Source of the DNA: Octopus sinensis
Lineage: Eukaryota
DNA length: 64,000 nt
Assembly (NCBI RefSeq): GCF_006345805.1
Contig: NC_042998.1
Location: forward strand, 15,562,001-15,626,000
Direction: 5' to 3'
The notes below the pieces were generated by a model, which was not told the origin of the DNA, made no database searches, and was given only the letters and a program-made list of their open reading frames with translations. The translations under genes and the position numbers were made by a program. This document shows positions 13,478-25,650 of the stretch, piece after piece. Within the stretch, counting starts at the first letter, position 1; each line of letters starts with the position of its first letter.

Positions 13478-15591
13478 ATGTCTTTCATCTTCTGTAAATT
13501 GAAAACAAAATTGGTCCAAAATCTGCATGTAGACCTCTATGTTGACCTCCCTGTTGACAAGACACTAAAAATATCGGTTCAATGATTCGTGGCTCTGGCA
13601 GAGCACAACAAACACCGATGATTTTTTGATTGTGAAGTGCCTGCTCATACAAAAGGTGAGGAAACGTTGCCGCCAGTATCGTATGTTTCGTTAATGTACG
13701 CGGCCGGAGAGTTGAAAACACACCTAATAACGCATTACGAATTGGAGTGGGTGTAGTTTTTTTTTAGCAATGCTATTCAGAAACCATATACAGCAACTCA
13801 CGCGTTTACGCTTGTCATCCACTTTAATTGCTGCACACTTGTGGAATGATATGTCTTCTAATTTAGATTCTTGGGCACTTGTTGACATGACTTCCTGCAT
13901 ATGTAAGACTGCTGCGGCAATTTACGTGTTCATTTCTTTGAACTTCAAATAATCACTTGACTAACTCCTGCATTACATTTGGCGTTCAAACTGTATGGCG
14001 TTTTAGTGCGCCAATTCTTAACCGACATCGTTCTGTTTGCGGGCAAGCCCTTACGCTCCAAAATATGCACTCCTTCCACTATTGTGTAAGTCATCTCGCT
14101 GAAAACGCCAAAGAAGTTAACTCAATTGAATCATACAATCAAGCAATGAGACGAGAATGCACCGAGGATAAAGTAGCAAAGAATTTTAATAACACATCGA
14201 TACTTGCAAAGAAAGGTTGGGTGCATGTTTTGCGTGTAAATTTATGCTAGGGAACCCGGGCTACTTTTTCGTGTGCCACTCTGTATCAGCTGCATTAATC
14301 GAGTAGAATATCTTACTGATCTTAAAAAAGTGGCCAGCTAAGTCTACCATAGAGTCATTTGAACTTTTGAAAGTAAGGGCGTAATTGAATATTGCAGAAC
14401 ATTTCTCCACAATATATCTAACGAATGTGACATCTACATATGCATTAATATTAATAATAATCATTTGTACAACTAGAACAAGTTCACGAATACAGGAGAA
14501 GGGATGAAATCAATTTAATGGAATCCATTCCTTGACTTATATTTATTTTATCGACTCCAGACGGAATAAAGGCATAGTTATCCACTGCAACTACTGATCT
14601 TTACGACGAAATAAATATATACGTAGCAACCGATGTAAAATTCCTCTTGCTACTGCTACTACTGTTACTACTACTGTTGCAGCTAGAACTACATTGCTTC
14701 GCTAAATTTTTCAATATCGTTATGCAAAATGGCTTCGGCATTTGACTGCGTTTATGTGGATTATGCTGTTTGGAAAAGGCAAAATTTCTACAACATCCCT
14801 TTCATTTTATATTACAAATCTATACCAATTTTGTTCACACTCAACGAGAAATTTTCTTTTGCTTACATATTCATATTTTTCCCAGATCAATACCTTTAGA
14901 TGTTTAATCGAAGATGATTCGATAATTCCGTTCAGGGGATGTTAGTGCTTACTGTACGCAGCTCGCTTTGATTTAAACATTCATATCTTATACAGCCTTG
15001 GAATTGTACATTTATATAATTCTATAGTTTTTGTACACTCACTATGTAGCATATCCTATCCTGATATTAAGTGATTTCAATTGGGAACTGAAACGAAATT
15101 TTTGACTTGGCATTCGTCATACGTAGCTGAGCATTCTTCTGAATGAGATAATTTCATTATTTGAATATCTAGGAATAAATGCGCTTCTCCTGTAGTTGGA
15201 CGTTTCTTGCATAATTTATCAGACAACGTTAGTTTTCAGTATAATTCCAGCATCTGTGTCTCCCTGTTGCCTGAAACCCTTCTTATAACAGCTGACAAAG
15301 GTGAAGCTACTATTCATATTTTACATTTAAAATCTCGGCACTATAAAAAGTCAGTTGTTGTTAAACATCACCTGGTTACTTTGAAATTTACACAAATATC
15401 TAAATATATTGAGACACAATTTTTAAGGTTGATGCAATCCGAAAATATTACACAATACAGAAAAAAACGGAAACGTATCAGACATATCAAAAGATTGTAT
15501 TTTATCAAAATGTTTGAAATCTTCGGCCGTAACTACCTGCATGAAATGGTAGAATTATATAAATTTCCAGTAACGTAATGTGATTACACTG

Positions 15592-15997
15592 TTTACTCTT
15601 TTATTTGTTTCAGTCATTTGACTGCGGCCATGCTGGAGCACCGCCTTTAATCGAGCAACTCGACTCCGGCACTTATTCTTTGTAAGCCCAGTACTTATTC
15701 TATCGGTCTCTTATGCCGAACCGCTAAGTGACGGGGACATAAACACACCAGCATAGGTTGTCAAGCAATGCTAGGGGGACAAACACAGACACACAAACAC
15801 ACACACATACATATATATATATATACATATATACGACTGTCTTCTTTCAGTTTCCGTCTACCAAATCCACTCACAAGGCTTTGGTCAGCCCGAGGTTATA
15901 GTAGAAGACACTTGCCGAAGGTGCCACGCAGTGGGACTGAACCCGGAACCATGTGGTTTGTAAACAAGCTACTTACCACACAGCCACTCCTGCGCCT
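15592..15997 (-). mobile_element. SINE family A, full length
   Basis: High similarity to 5089-5490. Confidence 0.93.
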
Positions 15998-16399
15998 TTA
16001 TGTATAAAGTAAATTACATGATGTGAAAAGCTGCGGCTCATGGAATATATATCATGTATATGTCACGCTGCCTCAGTAACTGAAATTATGGGAGCAGGGT
16101 TATCATTCAACTGTCGTTATCTGTTTAAACCGCAAAGATAATCCATATTGAGAAGGAATATACAGAGCGTGTGGCACAGATGGATGTGTTCATTGAAAAC
16201 TAAACTATATAACAGGAAGGTGAAACGCCCGCATATATGACTACAGACGACATATCCATCCAGGTTAATTACTGCACATATGAAAGCGGGATGCAGCCAA
16301 ATGTGATGTGAAGTATTAAGGTTTCAATATATATATAGTTACGTGCTGGAATCAAATCGGACAGGTGTTTGGTTTATCCATAGGTCAGGTGTAACTAAC

Positions 16400-16501
16400 C
16401 TAATAAATATCCCTGTCTATCTGTTTGTCTGTCTGCCAGCCTGTCTGTCTGTCTGTCTACCCGTTCATCCATCTATCTGTCTATCTATCTATCTATCCAT
16501 A

Positions 16502-16547
<46 letters not shown>

Positions 16548-16548
16548 C

Positions 16549-16645
<97 letters not shown>

Positions 16646-16650
16646 CATCC

Positions 16651-16729
<79 letters not shown>

Positions 16730-17215
16730 CATCCATCTATCTATCTGATACACGATCCCTATTGTTCGTTTTTTTTCCTCTTCCCCTTTTTTCCCCTTTT
16801 TTCTTCTTTTTTCATTTCTCTTTTCTTTTGTTCCTTTTCCTTTTCTTCTTTTTTTATTTTTATTTTTTATTTTATTTATTTTTTGTTCTTTTCTTCCCTT
16901 TTACGATCCCTCTTGATCGAAAACCTACGCCCCCCCTTTTTTTGTTTCTTTTGTTTTTTGTTTTTTTCATGCCCCAAAACAAAAGCTCTACCTTGTAACT
17001 TGTCCCATCTGTGTGCAGCCCTCTGTGGCCAATAAAGAAACTTATCTATCTATATATCTATCTATCTATCAGTTTGTCAGTCTGTCTATCAGTTTGTCTA
17101 TCTGTCTGTCTGTCAGTCTGTTTATCTGTTTGTCCGTCTGTCTATCCGTCTGTCTATCTGTGTATCTGTCCGTCAGTCTGCCTATCTGTCTCTCTGTCTA
17201 TATATCCATCTATCG
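16400..17215. repeat. (TCTA)/(TCTG)n arrays flanking a SINE-like 3' tail (about 16900-17040)
   Basis: TTGTCCCATCTGTGTGCAGCCCTCTGTGGCCAATAAAGAAA resembles the family B tail TTTGTCCCCTCTGTGTTTAGCCCCTTGTGGGTAGTAAAGAAA. Confidence 0.75.
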
Positions 17216-17774
17216 TTCTAGGCGCAGCGTAGATAGGTGAGAAAACACAAAGAGCACTTAAAATTTACGACAGCTGTTCCGGTAGAATTTCATTGATGTA
17301 TGTATATACATCACAGCATATAATCCATCCTTGTCAGCAAAAGATTTATTCGAGTATACACCAGTGAGGAAAATAACTTGATGATAATGAATCCAACAAA
17401 CATTTTTGGATATATGGTATTTAAAAAATATAGCATTCTATTGCAAATAGTGGATATAACGGGCATGCGAGAAGCATTGAGATCAAACAAGTCTTTTTTT
17501 GAAAACAGCTATCTTAATTAGTTTATGGCCATAACTTACTATGAAGACGCTAAAAAATCACAAACATGCAGTGGGTAAAAGATATTCTTAAGGTCTTAAA
17601 GCTAAGAAGATATCTTGTCAGTTTAGTGAGATAAGAGAAAGCAAATATCAGGGCAGTTGAAAGTTATAACACTGCCATCGCCTTTTCATGCAATTACACG
17701 TACATATAGACACACGTACACACACATCTACGTTTATATACCTATATGTGCAAACACATTATACATATGCTTGC

Positions 17775-17827
<53 letters not shown>

Positions 17828-17954
17828 GCACATATATATGGATGCAGATACACATATACATATATGTACTCATACACACGCACATGAATTTATATATTCA
17901 TAGATATCTATACCTACATACACATATATATATATTCAAACACATACACACACG

Positions 17955-17990
<36 letters not shown>

Positions 17991-18040
17991 ACACACACAC
18001 ACACATATATATATATATAATATATATATATACCTATATC

Positions 18041-18142
18041 TATTTCCTTATTACCCACAAGGGGCTAAATGTAGAGGACACAAACAAGGAAAGACAAGCG
18101 GATTAAGTCAATTACATCGACCCCAGTGGGTAATTGGTACTT
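18041..18142 (-). mobile_element. SINE family B 3' fragment
   Basis: Matches 42766-42870. Confidence 0.85.
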
Positions 18143-18949
18143 ATATATATATTAATGTATGTTGTGTATATATATATACATATATACACAAACATACACA
18201 TACATGCACATATATAATTATACATCTACACATGCACGTGCATACGGATGCGTGCGTACAGACATATACGGGTAAACATATACATGCATACATACACACA
18301 ACCCTTCATTAGTAGAATGATATAAAATACAGATATAAACCAAATAATGTAATATAAAGAAGGATGCAGAAGAAAGTGCAGACGAATTGTTGATAATTAG
18401 GTTGTCATACACCGGACTATCAAATGAATATAATGGTTACAAAAAATTATAATTAAAAAGCGCAATATGGATGCCGTTGACATAATGTTAGATATCATTG
18501 AAACGATATTTAAGGATTTAGATAATATTTAAATACGTTTAGTATACTCAACTAGGTTGCAGAGTATGAATAAATAGAAGCTAAAGAGTATTATTCGAAC
18601 CCCAAAATGGAACTGGTTTAAAATATGAAAATGTGTTTCTCATATAATGAAAATATGCTTCTAATATGACATGCGAAAATATATTTCCAATAAATGTGTC
18701 TCTAATATAATACGCGTATCATTTCATCCGTAGTTCATTAGACCTGCTAAGCATATTTACCTGAACATTTCAGTAGTTCCGATAATTAAGAAGGTGCACG
18801 CATACCTATCATTTGAATAAGTTAATGCACATTTTATTATACTTCAGGTAAAATGGAATCTAATCCTTTTAATCCTTATTTCCCAATTCTTTATCCTTGA
18901 GTGATGTAACCTTAGATTTATCCCGATTATTGAAGATGTACAAATGATT

Positions 18950-19220
18950 ATATAATCTCCCCATGATCTTGCAATATGTGGAACCGATGTTGTGTTTCTG
19001 TTAGTTATTACGTTTGAAAATAATTAAGTCGTGTGATTCAAAAGATTCTGTTGTATCTAAGTATTGCATAAGAAGTTTTTCACTTCTATCAAAAGTAGTT
19101 AGCAGTATATTTCAATGACGCCATAGTGTTGACAGCTAATGGTGTTCCTTCCATTTTCTTGTCTAATATATTTTACCCACATCGTACATTCTTCTTTATC
19201 TTCTTGATACTTCTGTGTTT
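18950..19220 (-). mobile_element. Ancient repeat fragment (LINE-like); inverted homologue of about 20925-21150
   Basis: Reverse complement GAAGAATGTACGATGTGG...GGAAGGAACACCATTAGC...TTTTGATAGAAG...TTAGATACAACAGAATCTT aligns to 20930-21100. Confidence 0.6.
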
Positions 19221-19365
19221 TGAGATGATAAAGTCATTCGATCTCTGCTTCTTGCTACCCCGTTATAGCCACTACTTCTAATTTTTTAATAAATTCGAAT
19301 GCTATTTTTTAAAGAAGCGACTTATCCAAAAAGTTTGGTTGTATTCGTCAATATTAAGGTGTTAT

Positions 19366-19655
19366 TGAAGGCAGAAAAGCTGGCAGAAACGTTAGCACGC
19401 CGGGCGAAATGCGTAGACGTATTTCGTCTGCCGAGTTCAAATTCCGCCGAGGTTGACTTTGCCTTTCATCCTTTCGGGGTCGATAAATTAAGTACTAGTT
19501 ACGCACTGGAGTCGATAAATTAAGTACCAGTTACGCACTGGGGTCGATAAATTAAGTACCAGTTACGCACTGGGGTCGATATAATCGACTTAATCCGTTT
19601 GTCTGTCCCTGTTTGTCCTCTCTCTGTTTAGCTCCTTGCGGGTAGTAAAGAAATA
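19366..19655 (+). mobile_element. SINE family B with 16-bp target-site duplication and internal 32-bp triplication
   Basis: TSD AATATTAAGGTGTTAT at 19350-19365 and 19656-19671; GTCGAT recurs at 19479, 19511, 19543 and 19575. Confidence 0.93.
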
Positions 19656-19687
19656 AATATTAAGGTGTTATCACACCTCTTTATACC

Positions 19688-19796
19688 TGTTTAAAACTTT
19701 ACCTGCAGAGGATGAATTTTATGCCATGACGTAATTTATGAGTACGTCAATACGATTCTATAATTCTCCCGAAACAGCTGTCGTAAATTTTAAACA
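19688..19796 (+). ncRNA. Type I hammerhead ribozyme fold, A6C core variant
   Basis: Stem I TTTAC/GTAAA plus TGTTTAAAA/TTTTAAACA; core CTGCAGA at 19703-19709; long stem II including TGACGTA/TACGTCA; GAAAC-AGCT-GTC at 19771-19782. Confidence 0.7.
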
Positions 19797-19825
19797 TCAA
19801 TTGTGTTCTAAGACACATGCATGCA

Positions 19826-19874
<49 letters not shown>

Positions 19875-20599
19875 TAAAGGTGAGCATTAATCTGTTTCAA
19901 TAATGTTTGATTTGGGATTAGCATTCACTAGAAATCTGGTGCAATAACTGTAATTCTTAGCTTTATTTATCTATACAAAGGCAAACAATAACATAATTTA
20001 TAATTTGCAGCTTGGAACCGTAGATATTCCTCGTTAAATATTCTTATTTCTGCGTCTATGTATAAATTTATAGATCTTTATAACATTGTTTCATTACGAT
20101 GAACATTTCGACAACGTATTCGATTTCACTCCAACGTTAATTCTATGTAATATTTAGTACTGGAACACATGCCGTGAAAAGCATAATAATTTTATGCATA
20201 GGAAAACGATATAGGGATAAATACTAGCAGTGCTTTAACACGAAACAGAAGAAATATACTGTGTTAATTATCGAATAGTTTGATGTTGCCTGATGTGTTA
20301 TACTTCTGAATAGGAATTGAAGACATACTTCCTGTCGAATAGAAACGCCGTAGAATATCACTGTAACCGATGAGTCACCGCATATTGACAGAAATATATA
20401 TCTTAGACGGTGAATAACTAGCAAGTGGAATGGATCCATTATTGGAAGGCATATCAAATGATACCACGTACTTGGAATCAGCAGGGTGAAAATATTTGGC
20501 ATTTATTATGGCATAGAAAATATTTATTGAATTGGTGTTGATATATGTTTCAAATTTGCTGGGTATCGTCCAAAGGCGGTTCGTATTCTTATTTATAAT

Positions 20600-21300
20600 T
20601 TTCTTTAAATTGATAATATATATCTATATATTCCGTAAGAACAAAATATGTTGCCTACGTCTGTTATATCTTGAATGAATGTAATATCTATAGATAGGTT
20701 CATATAGTACTTCAAATCTCAAAAGTTGATGTTTTCAGCAGATATAACTGGGAAGCATAGTGGAATGGATGTACAAGATGTTTCTAATTAAAGAAAAATG
20801 TTCGAAAATACTATAAAGTGTCTGAGGACATCATACTTCCAGATAACATGATGAAATTATTGGGATAGCAAGGGTGGGATGTACATATCTTGTGTGACAT
20901 AATGGAATAGAAGTACTATAAAGTTTAAAAAGAATGTACCATGTGGTTAAAACAGTCTAAGACAGAAAAGGAACTGGAAGGAACATCATTAGCCGTATCA
21001 ACATTAGGACGTTATTGAGACATTGTGTTAACTATTTTTGATAGAAGAGAAAAAAATCCTGTGTAATGATTAGATACAATAGAATCTTCTGAATCTTAAC
21101 TGACAATGTGTTACAACCACGAAGTGTTATATGGAAACTGAAGATAACAAGGATAGGGAATGCCAGAAAATCAGTCAACGTAAAGTTATATGTCAGCCAA
21201 AGAGATCAGTAATGAATATAAATATGCAGATAAAAATAATACTAACAAATAGAATAATGGAACGTGAAATGAAAATGATCTAAAAATTAAGTTTGTCAGG
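20600..21300 (+). mobile_element. Highly decayed LINE-like remnant
   Basis: Homology to 18950-19220; weak resemblance (WLKQSKTEKELEGTSLAV) to the WLRSSGLKAETEGFLIAA region of the R4-type LINE at 47510-48019. Confidence 0.4.
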
Positions 21301-21576
21301 CAAACAGAACATAAATAAGTTTCTTTAACCTAATTCGTCTTTCAAGCACACTATGGGAAATTTGTAGACTGTCAGCAAAGAGAAAAAGAAGCGTATTGTC
21401 TACTGTGGCAGCTGCTTGATTAATAATTAATGGGTTCAATTCGGAAGAGAGGCAGAGTGTAGTATACGAGTGCGCTTCAGAATGTGTCTGTGTTTATCAT
21501 TGACATCGTAAGGATTGTGACGAGTTATGTCCCTTAATATTCAAGCGCAACTTAGTGATTCAGGAAATAGAAATAA

Positions 21577-21956
21577 TCTCTCTCTATATAAACGGCAGTT
21601 TGTCTGTGCGTATTTCTGTGTGTCTGTTTGCTTGTACCCTCACCCTGACCACGGCTTTCAACCGATTCTGATGAAACTTGACACACACATTGCCCAATGT
21701 CATAATTCAAAACTAACGCAGCGAAAATTTTGAAAAGTTCCCCCAGTTCTGAAAAAATCGATAAATTCGACATGGGGTCGAGAATCAGAAACACAAACCG
21801 CAAACTGTCTAGGGGACGCAACTCCACCTTTTTTACTCTTAAAAAATTTACCATCATTTTTTTCCATTTTTTTGCTATTTTTTGGCTATAACTCTCTAAA
21901 AATGCTTTATAGTTATTTCCCTTACAAACCTGCGCAACGCCAAGCGATACTGCTAG
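21577..21956 (+). mobile_element. Non-autonomous Helitron
   Basis: A|TC...CTAG|T termini; degenerate subterminal hairpin CCTGCGCAACGCCAAG about 11 nt before CTAG; no TSD. Confidence 0.7.
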
Positions 21957-22080
21957 TTGATTATATATGTGCCAAACAAAAATTAAAACTGGAGACGATA
22001 TGATTGGAAGAAATCCTTGAAGCAGGAGTGTCATCATGGACAGTGGACAGTGGACAGTTTAAGTAACTGACCCTATTTGG

Positions 22081-22122
<42 letters not shown>

Positions 22123-23050
22123 ACGCGCGGATATGTGTGTGAGTGTGTGTGTGTGTGCGTGTGTTCATTCTTATTTTCTGTTTCTTGTTTTTTTTTTCAA
22201 TATGAATACATACATATAATGCCTAATACTTTGAGCAAATGTTTTGTTACAATCCCGGACCAAGCACCGCTTAGTGAATGAAAATGGAACTTTGTGAAAG
22301 CTTGTCACGGTAATATACGAGTGTGTTCGTAAGCACCTTGTGTATACATAATTGTATGCAAGTATGCAAGTATGCATGCGCGCTCGCATGTGTATTTGTG
22401 ACTTTCTCGTAAAAGAAACATTTTGCAGTTAATCAAACCGAAGAAAAATGCCAAAATCGTGAATGTCAGTTTTAGCAACTGACACATTAAAGTCATCTAA
22501 TCAACGCCGTTCATTATTAGAAATCGGCCATAACCCCACAAAGAAGAAATAAGAGAGACAATTGAATCAGCCTTATAGAAATGATCTCCCAATCTCCACT
22601 GATATATATAACTGGAGAAATAAGCGACAAATTCTATACAACTTTTATTGGAATTGAGACTATTGTTTTGAAATTAACATATCCGGATATAGTGTTATTA
22701 TATTCAAATTCTGAAATAAAACGCAAAATATGTAATAACAAACATCTTCAGAGACAAAATATTTCGTGGAGACAGAGTATATTATAGACGATCACTAAGC
22801 TTTATACTTATTCATCTCTTAAAAATTACAATACATAATATATTTATTAGTATTAAGCGAAATGAGACTCGATCGTCAAAGAACTAAAAATGTAAATGAT
22901 CAAATTATGACTGTATTTTTGATTATGTATGTATGTATGTATGTATGTATGTATATATCTATCTATCTATTTATCTATCCCGCCATCCAACATGAATGAT
23001 GAATGTAATGTTTTTCATGAAGATGTATAGTGTTCTGTGCACACAGCTAC

Positions 23051-23132
<82 letters not shown>

Positions 23133-23134
<2 letters not shown>

Positions 23135-23320
23135 GAATTCACAAGAAAAAAGAAAGACGAAGACAGGTGGCGTAAACAACAAACGGATGTATTAGTATAA
23201 CGCTAGAAAAGTGAAAAAGTCTTTAATGTTTCGAGCCTACGCTCTTCCACAGAAAAGAATACAGAAAAAAGAAAGAGAGAAAATAAAGAACGTGTAGTGG
23301 ATAGCGATCTATCATGGCGA
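23133..23320 (-). mobile_element. Microsatellite-embedded repeat with minimal hammerhead-like motif (probable Penelope-type terminal repeat)
   Basis: Homologous to 44528-44725 and 41870-41950 (GAAGAGCGTAGGCTCGAAAC..AAAGACTTTTTC..GCGTTATACTAATACATC). Confidence 0.75.
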
Positions 23321-23374
<54 letters not shown>

Positions 23375-24664
23375 ATACCCATATACATATATATGTATAT
23401 ATTACAAATAAACATATGTGTCCACATTTTGAATTATGCCGTACATGGAATATAACTTAACTATCATGGAATACATACCAACTCAGCACGAAGTTACTAT
23501 GTAGATTCTAAAATGAAATGTTTACGCAGGAAAAGAAAACATGCTAATTCACTTCATAAAGACATGTGATATTATTGCTTAAACTAACCTTTCACATAAT
23601 GGAAATGGAGTGTTTACTTTAAATATCTATCGATTCCATAATTCAGTAACGTACTATGATTATGGTATGTGATAACATGTGTTATTCAGAAGAACGAGAA
23701 TTAGCCTGAACTAAGTCGCTCTTAGGTCACAGAATTAATACAAATAGTTACGTTTTTAAAGACCAACTACATTGTTTCAACGGCGTAATTCCTTAAATGA
23801 TCATTAAGTAATCTAAATAATGGATGGCCCTCCATATGCATTAATGCGTCGTATATGCGTATGTAGAAATGCATGCGTATATAATTATGAATAAAATATT
23901 ATAAACATACAGCAATACACTTACATTTATATACACATACTTATATATGTATGTATATATATCCAGGTGTACACAGGGACAAGTTACATACACACGCATA
24001 CTCACAAATATATGTATTTATATATAAACAATAAGCATATGTAGACACTCACGCTGCATGCTTTTATGCGTATATGTGTATGCGTGTGTGTGTGCGTGTG
24101 TGTGTCTCTGCATACACGAGCGCACGTGCGCGCGGGCACACATATGCATGCGCGCGCGCATACACACACACAACATACACGCACCTATATACGTGTGCCT
24201 GTTTTTGATTTAGCGAGTCTTACCGCATGTATTACGTTTCTGAAAATTCTGTACAATAGCTTGACCCCATAAGGTGTTCTCTTAGTGGTTTAACGAGTTA
24301 ATACTATAACTTTGCTATCCTTAAATTTAATTTGTAAACTGAGTCATAACAAACGCACATGAAATTACCTTCTGAAAGATAAGTAGATTATTCTACCGAA
24401 GACTCAGTTTCTTTTCTAATATATAAGTTAATAAATATCTCATTCGCAGACAAATCAGGCTTTCGAGATACGTATATTTAGTTTATTATTGCCCCCTCAT
24501 ATCAATAAACTTTTATTAGTAGCATAATATAAGAATCTACACATCGTCAAAATATATGCCTGTGTTCCTTTTTCGCCACTACGTTATTATAGATCCAAAC
24601 TTACCTTGCAGTGTAATAATTATACCGGCAAAAAATCTTGTGAATGAAATTTGGTAATCTCCTA

Positions 24665-25177
24665 TGTGCACGAGACTAGCAGAGATGCCAGACATATACT
24701 TTGATGGTAAACGCAATCCGGTACTGCGTTTCGCAGCGTCATCAGAGGCTTGGTTGTTTTAAGGAATTGCAACCGTGTTTCGTGGTCTGCTACCACAACA
24801 GCTCCTTTATAGGATCCAGTTAGCTCAAGACATCATCAGGAGGAACCACGTCCGGTTTCGGCCTCTTCTCCTCTACCGTTTTGACGTGGCGCCCCCCCCC
24901 CTTTCGGAGGGGTCTTCACCTCTGGTGCTGGGTGCATGTCTTCTTTCTTCTTTCTTCTGTTCCCTGGCCTCTTCGATGCATCGTCAGCGAGTGTCAGCCG
25001 GTGACTGACTGTCTTGTCAAATTTCACCCTTTAAATATCTGCCGCAAGACTCCAGCAGGCAGTCCCAGCAAGCAAGTTGTCACGTGACACTGTCTCACCT
25101 TAACTGACTAGAGGAGGCGCGTAGTTTTAGCCCGCGCTTTTTCTAATCGACCGTCACCTGGTGTTGCTAGAGTGTCA
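24665..25177. other. GC-rich island of unknown identity (LTR-like or 5' end of a retroelement)
   Basis: Sharp GC rise over AT-rich flanks; TATA-like TATAAAGG on the minus strand; no TSD found. Confidence 0.3.
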
Positions 25178-25435
25178 AAAATCTGGACAAATTGTTTGTT
25201 TTGAGGATAATATTTTCCTACACTTCTTTCAGTTCCAGAGATCGCATAACATACTCGGTGTTCATTTTCCTCCCGATAATAAATCAGATAACAAGGTTGT
25301 TGAGCCTAATTACATAGCTGAGGCTAATTACCGTCCAATTAATATCATGTTCAAATATTAGATATTTGCACAATGTATATAAAAGACTGAGAGCTATTAA
25401 ATTAGCGTCCAAATTTCAATATTATTCCTAAGTGT

Positions 25436-25650
25436 GAAGCGGCTATTTGGCAGAATCGTTACCGCTGTGAGAAAATGCTTAGCAGCACTATGTCCGTCTT
25501 TACTGTCTGAGTTCAAATACCACTGGAGTCGACTTTGCCTTTCATCCCTTCAGGGTCGATAAAATAAGTACCAGCTAAGTACTAGAGCTGATGTAATCGA
25601 AGTACATCTTCCCCGGAAATTGCTGGACTTGTGCCAAAAGTTTGAAACCA
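25436..25650 (+). mobile_element. Diverged SINE of family B type
   Basis: GGCAGAATCGTTA..TCTGAGTTCAAAT..GACTTTGCCTTTCATCCCTTCAGGGTCGATAAAATAAGTACCAG; possible TSD CAATATTAT. Confidence 0.8.

Noticed and set aside
11700-14250. Higher-complexity DNA flanking the 12577 mariner, possibly old transposase
   Set aside because: No motif could be assigned by eye; needs tblastx against Repbase/Dfam.
15185-15230. Minus-strand GTTGT-CTGATAA...GAAACGTC-CAAC
   Set aside because: G8 missing, stem I out of register and negligible stem II; compatible with chance.
15207-15578. 123-aa ORF starting at a TTG
   Set aside because: No recognisable homology; length is attainable by chance.
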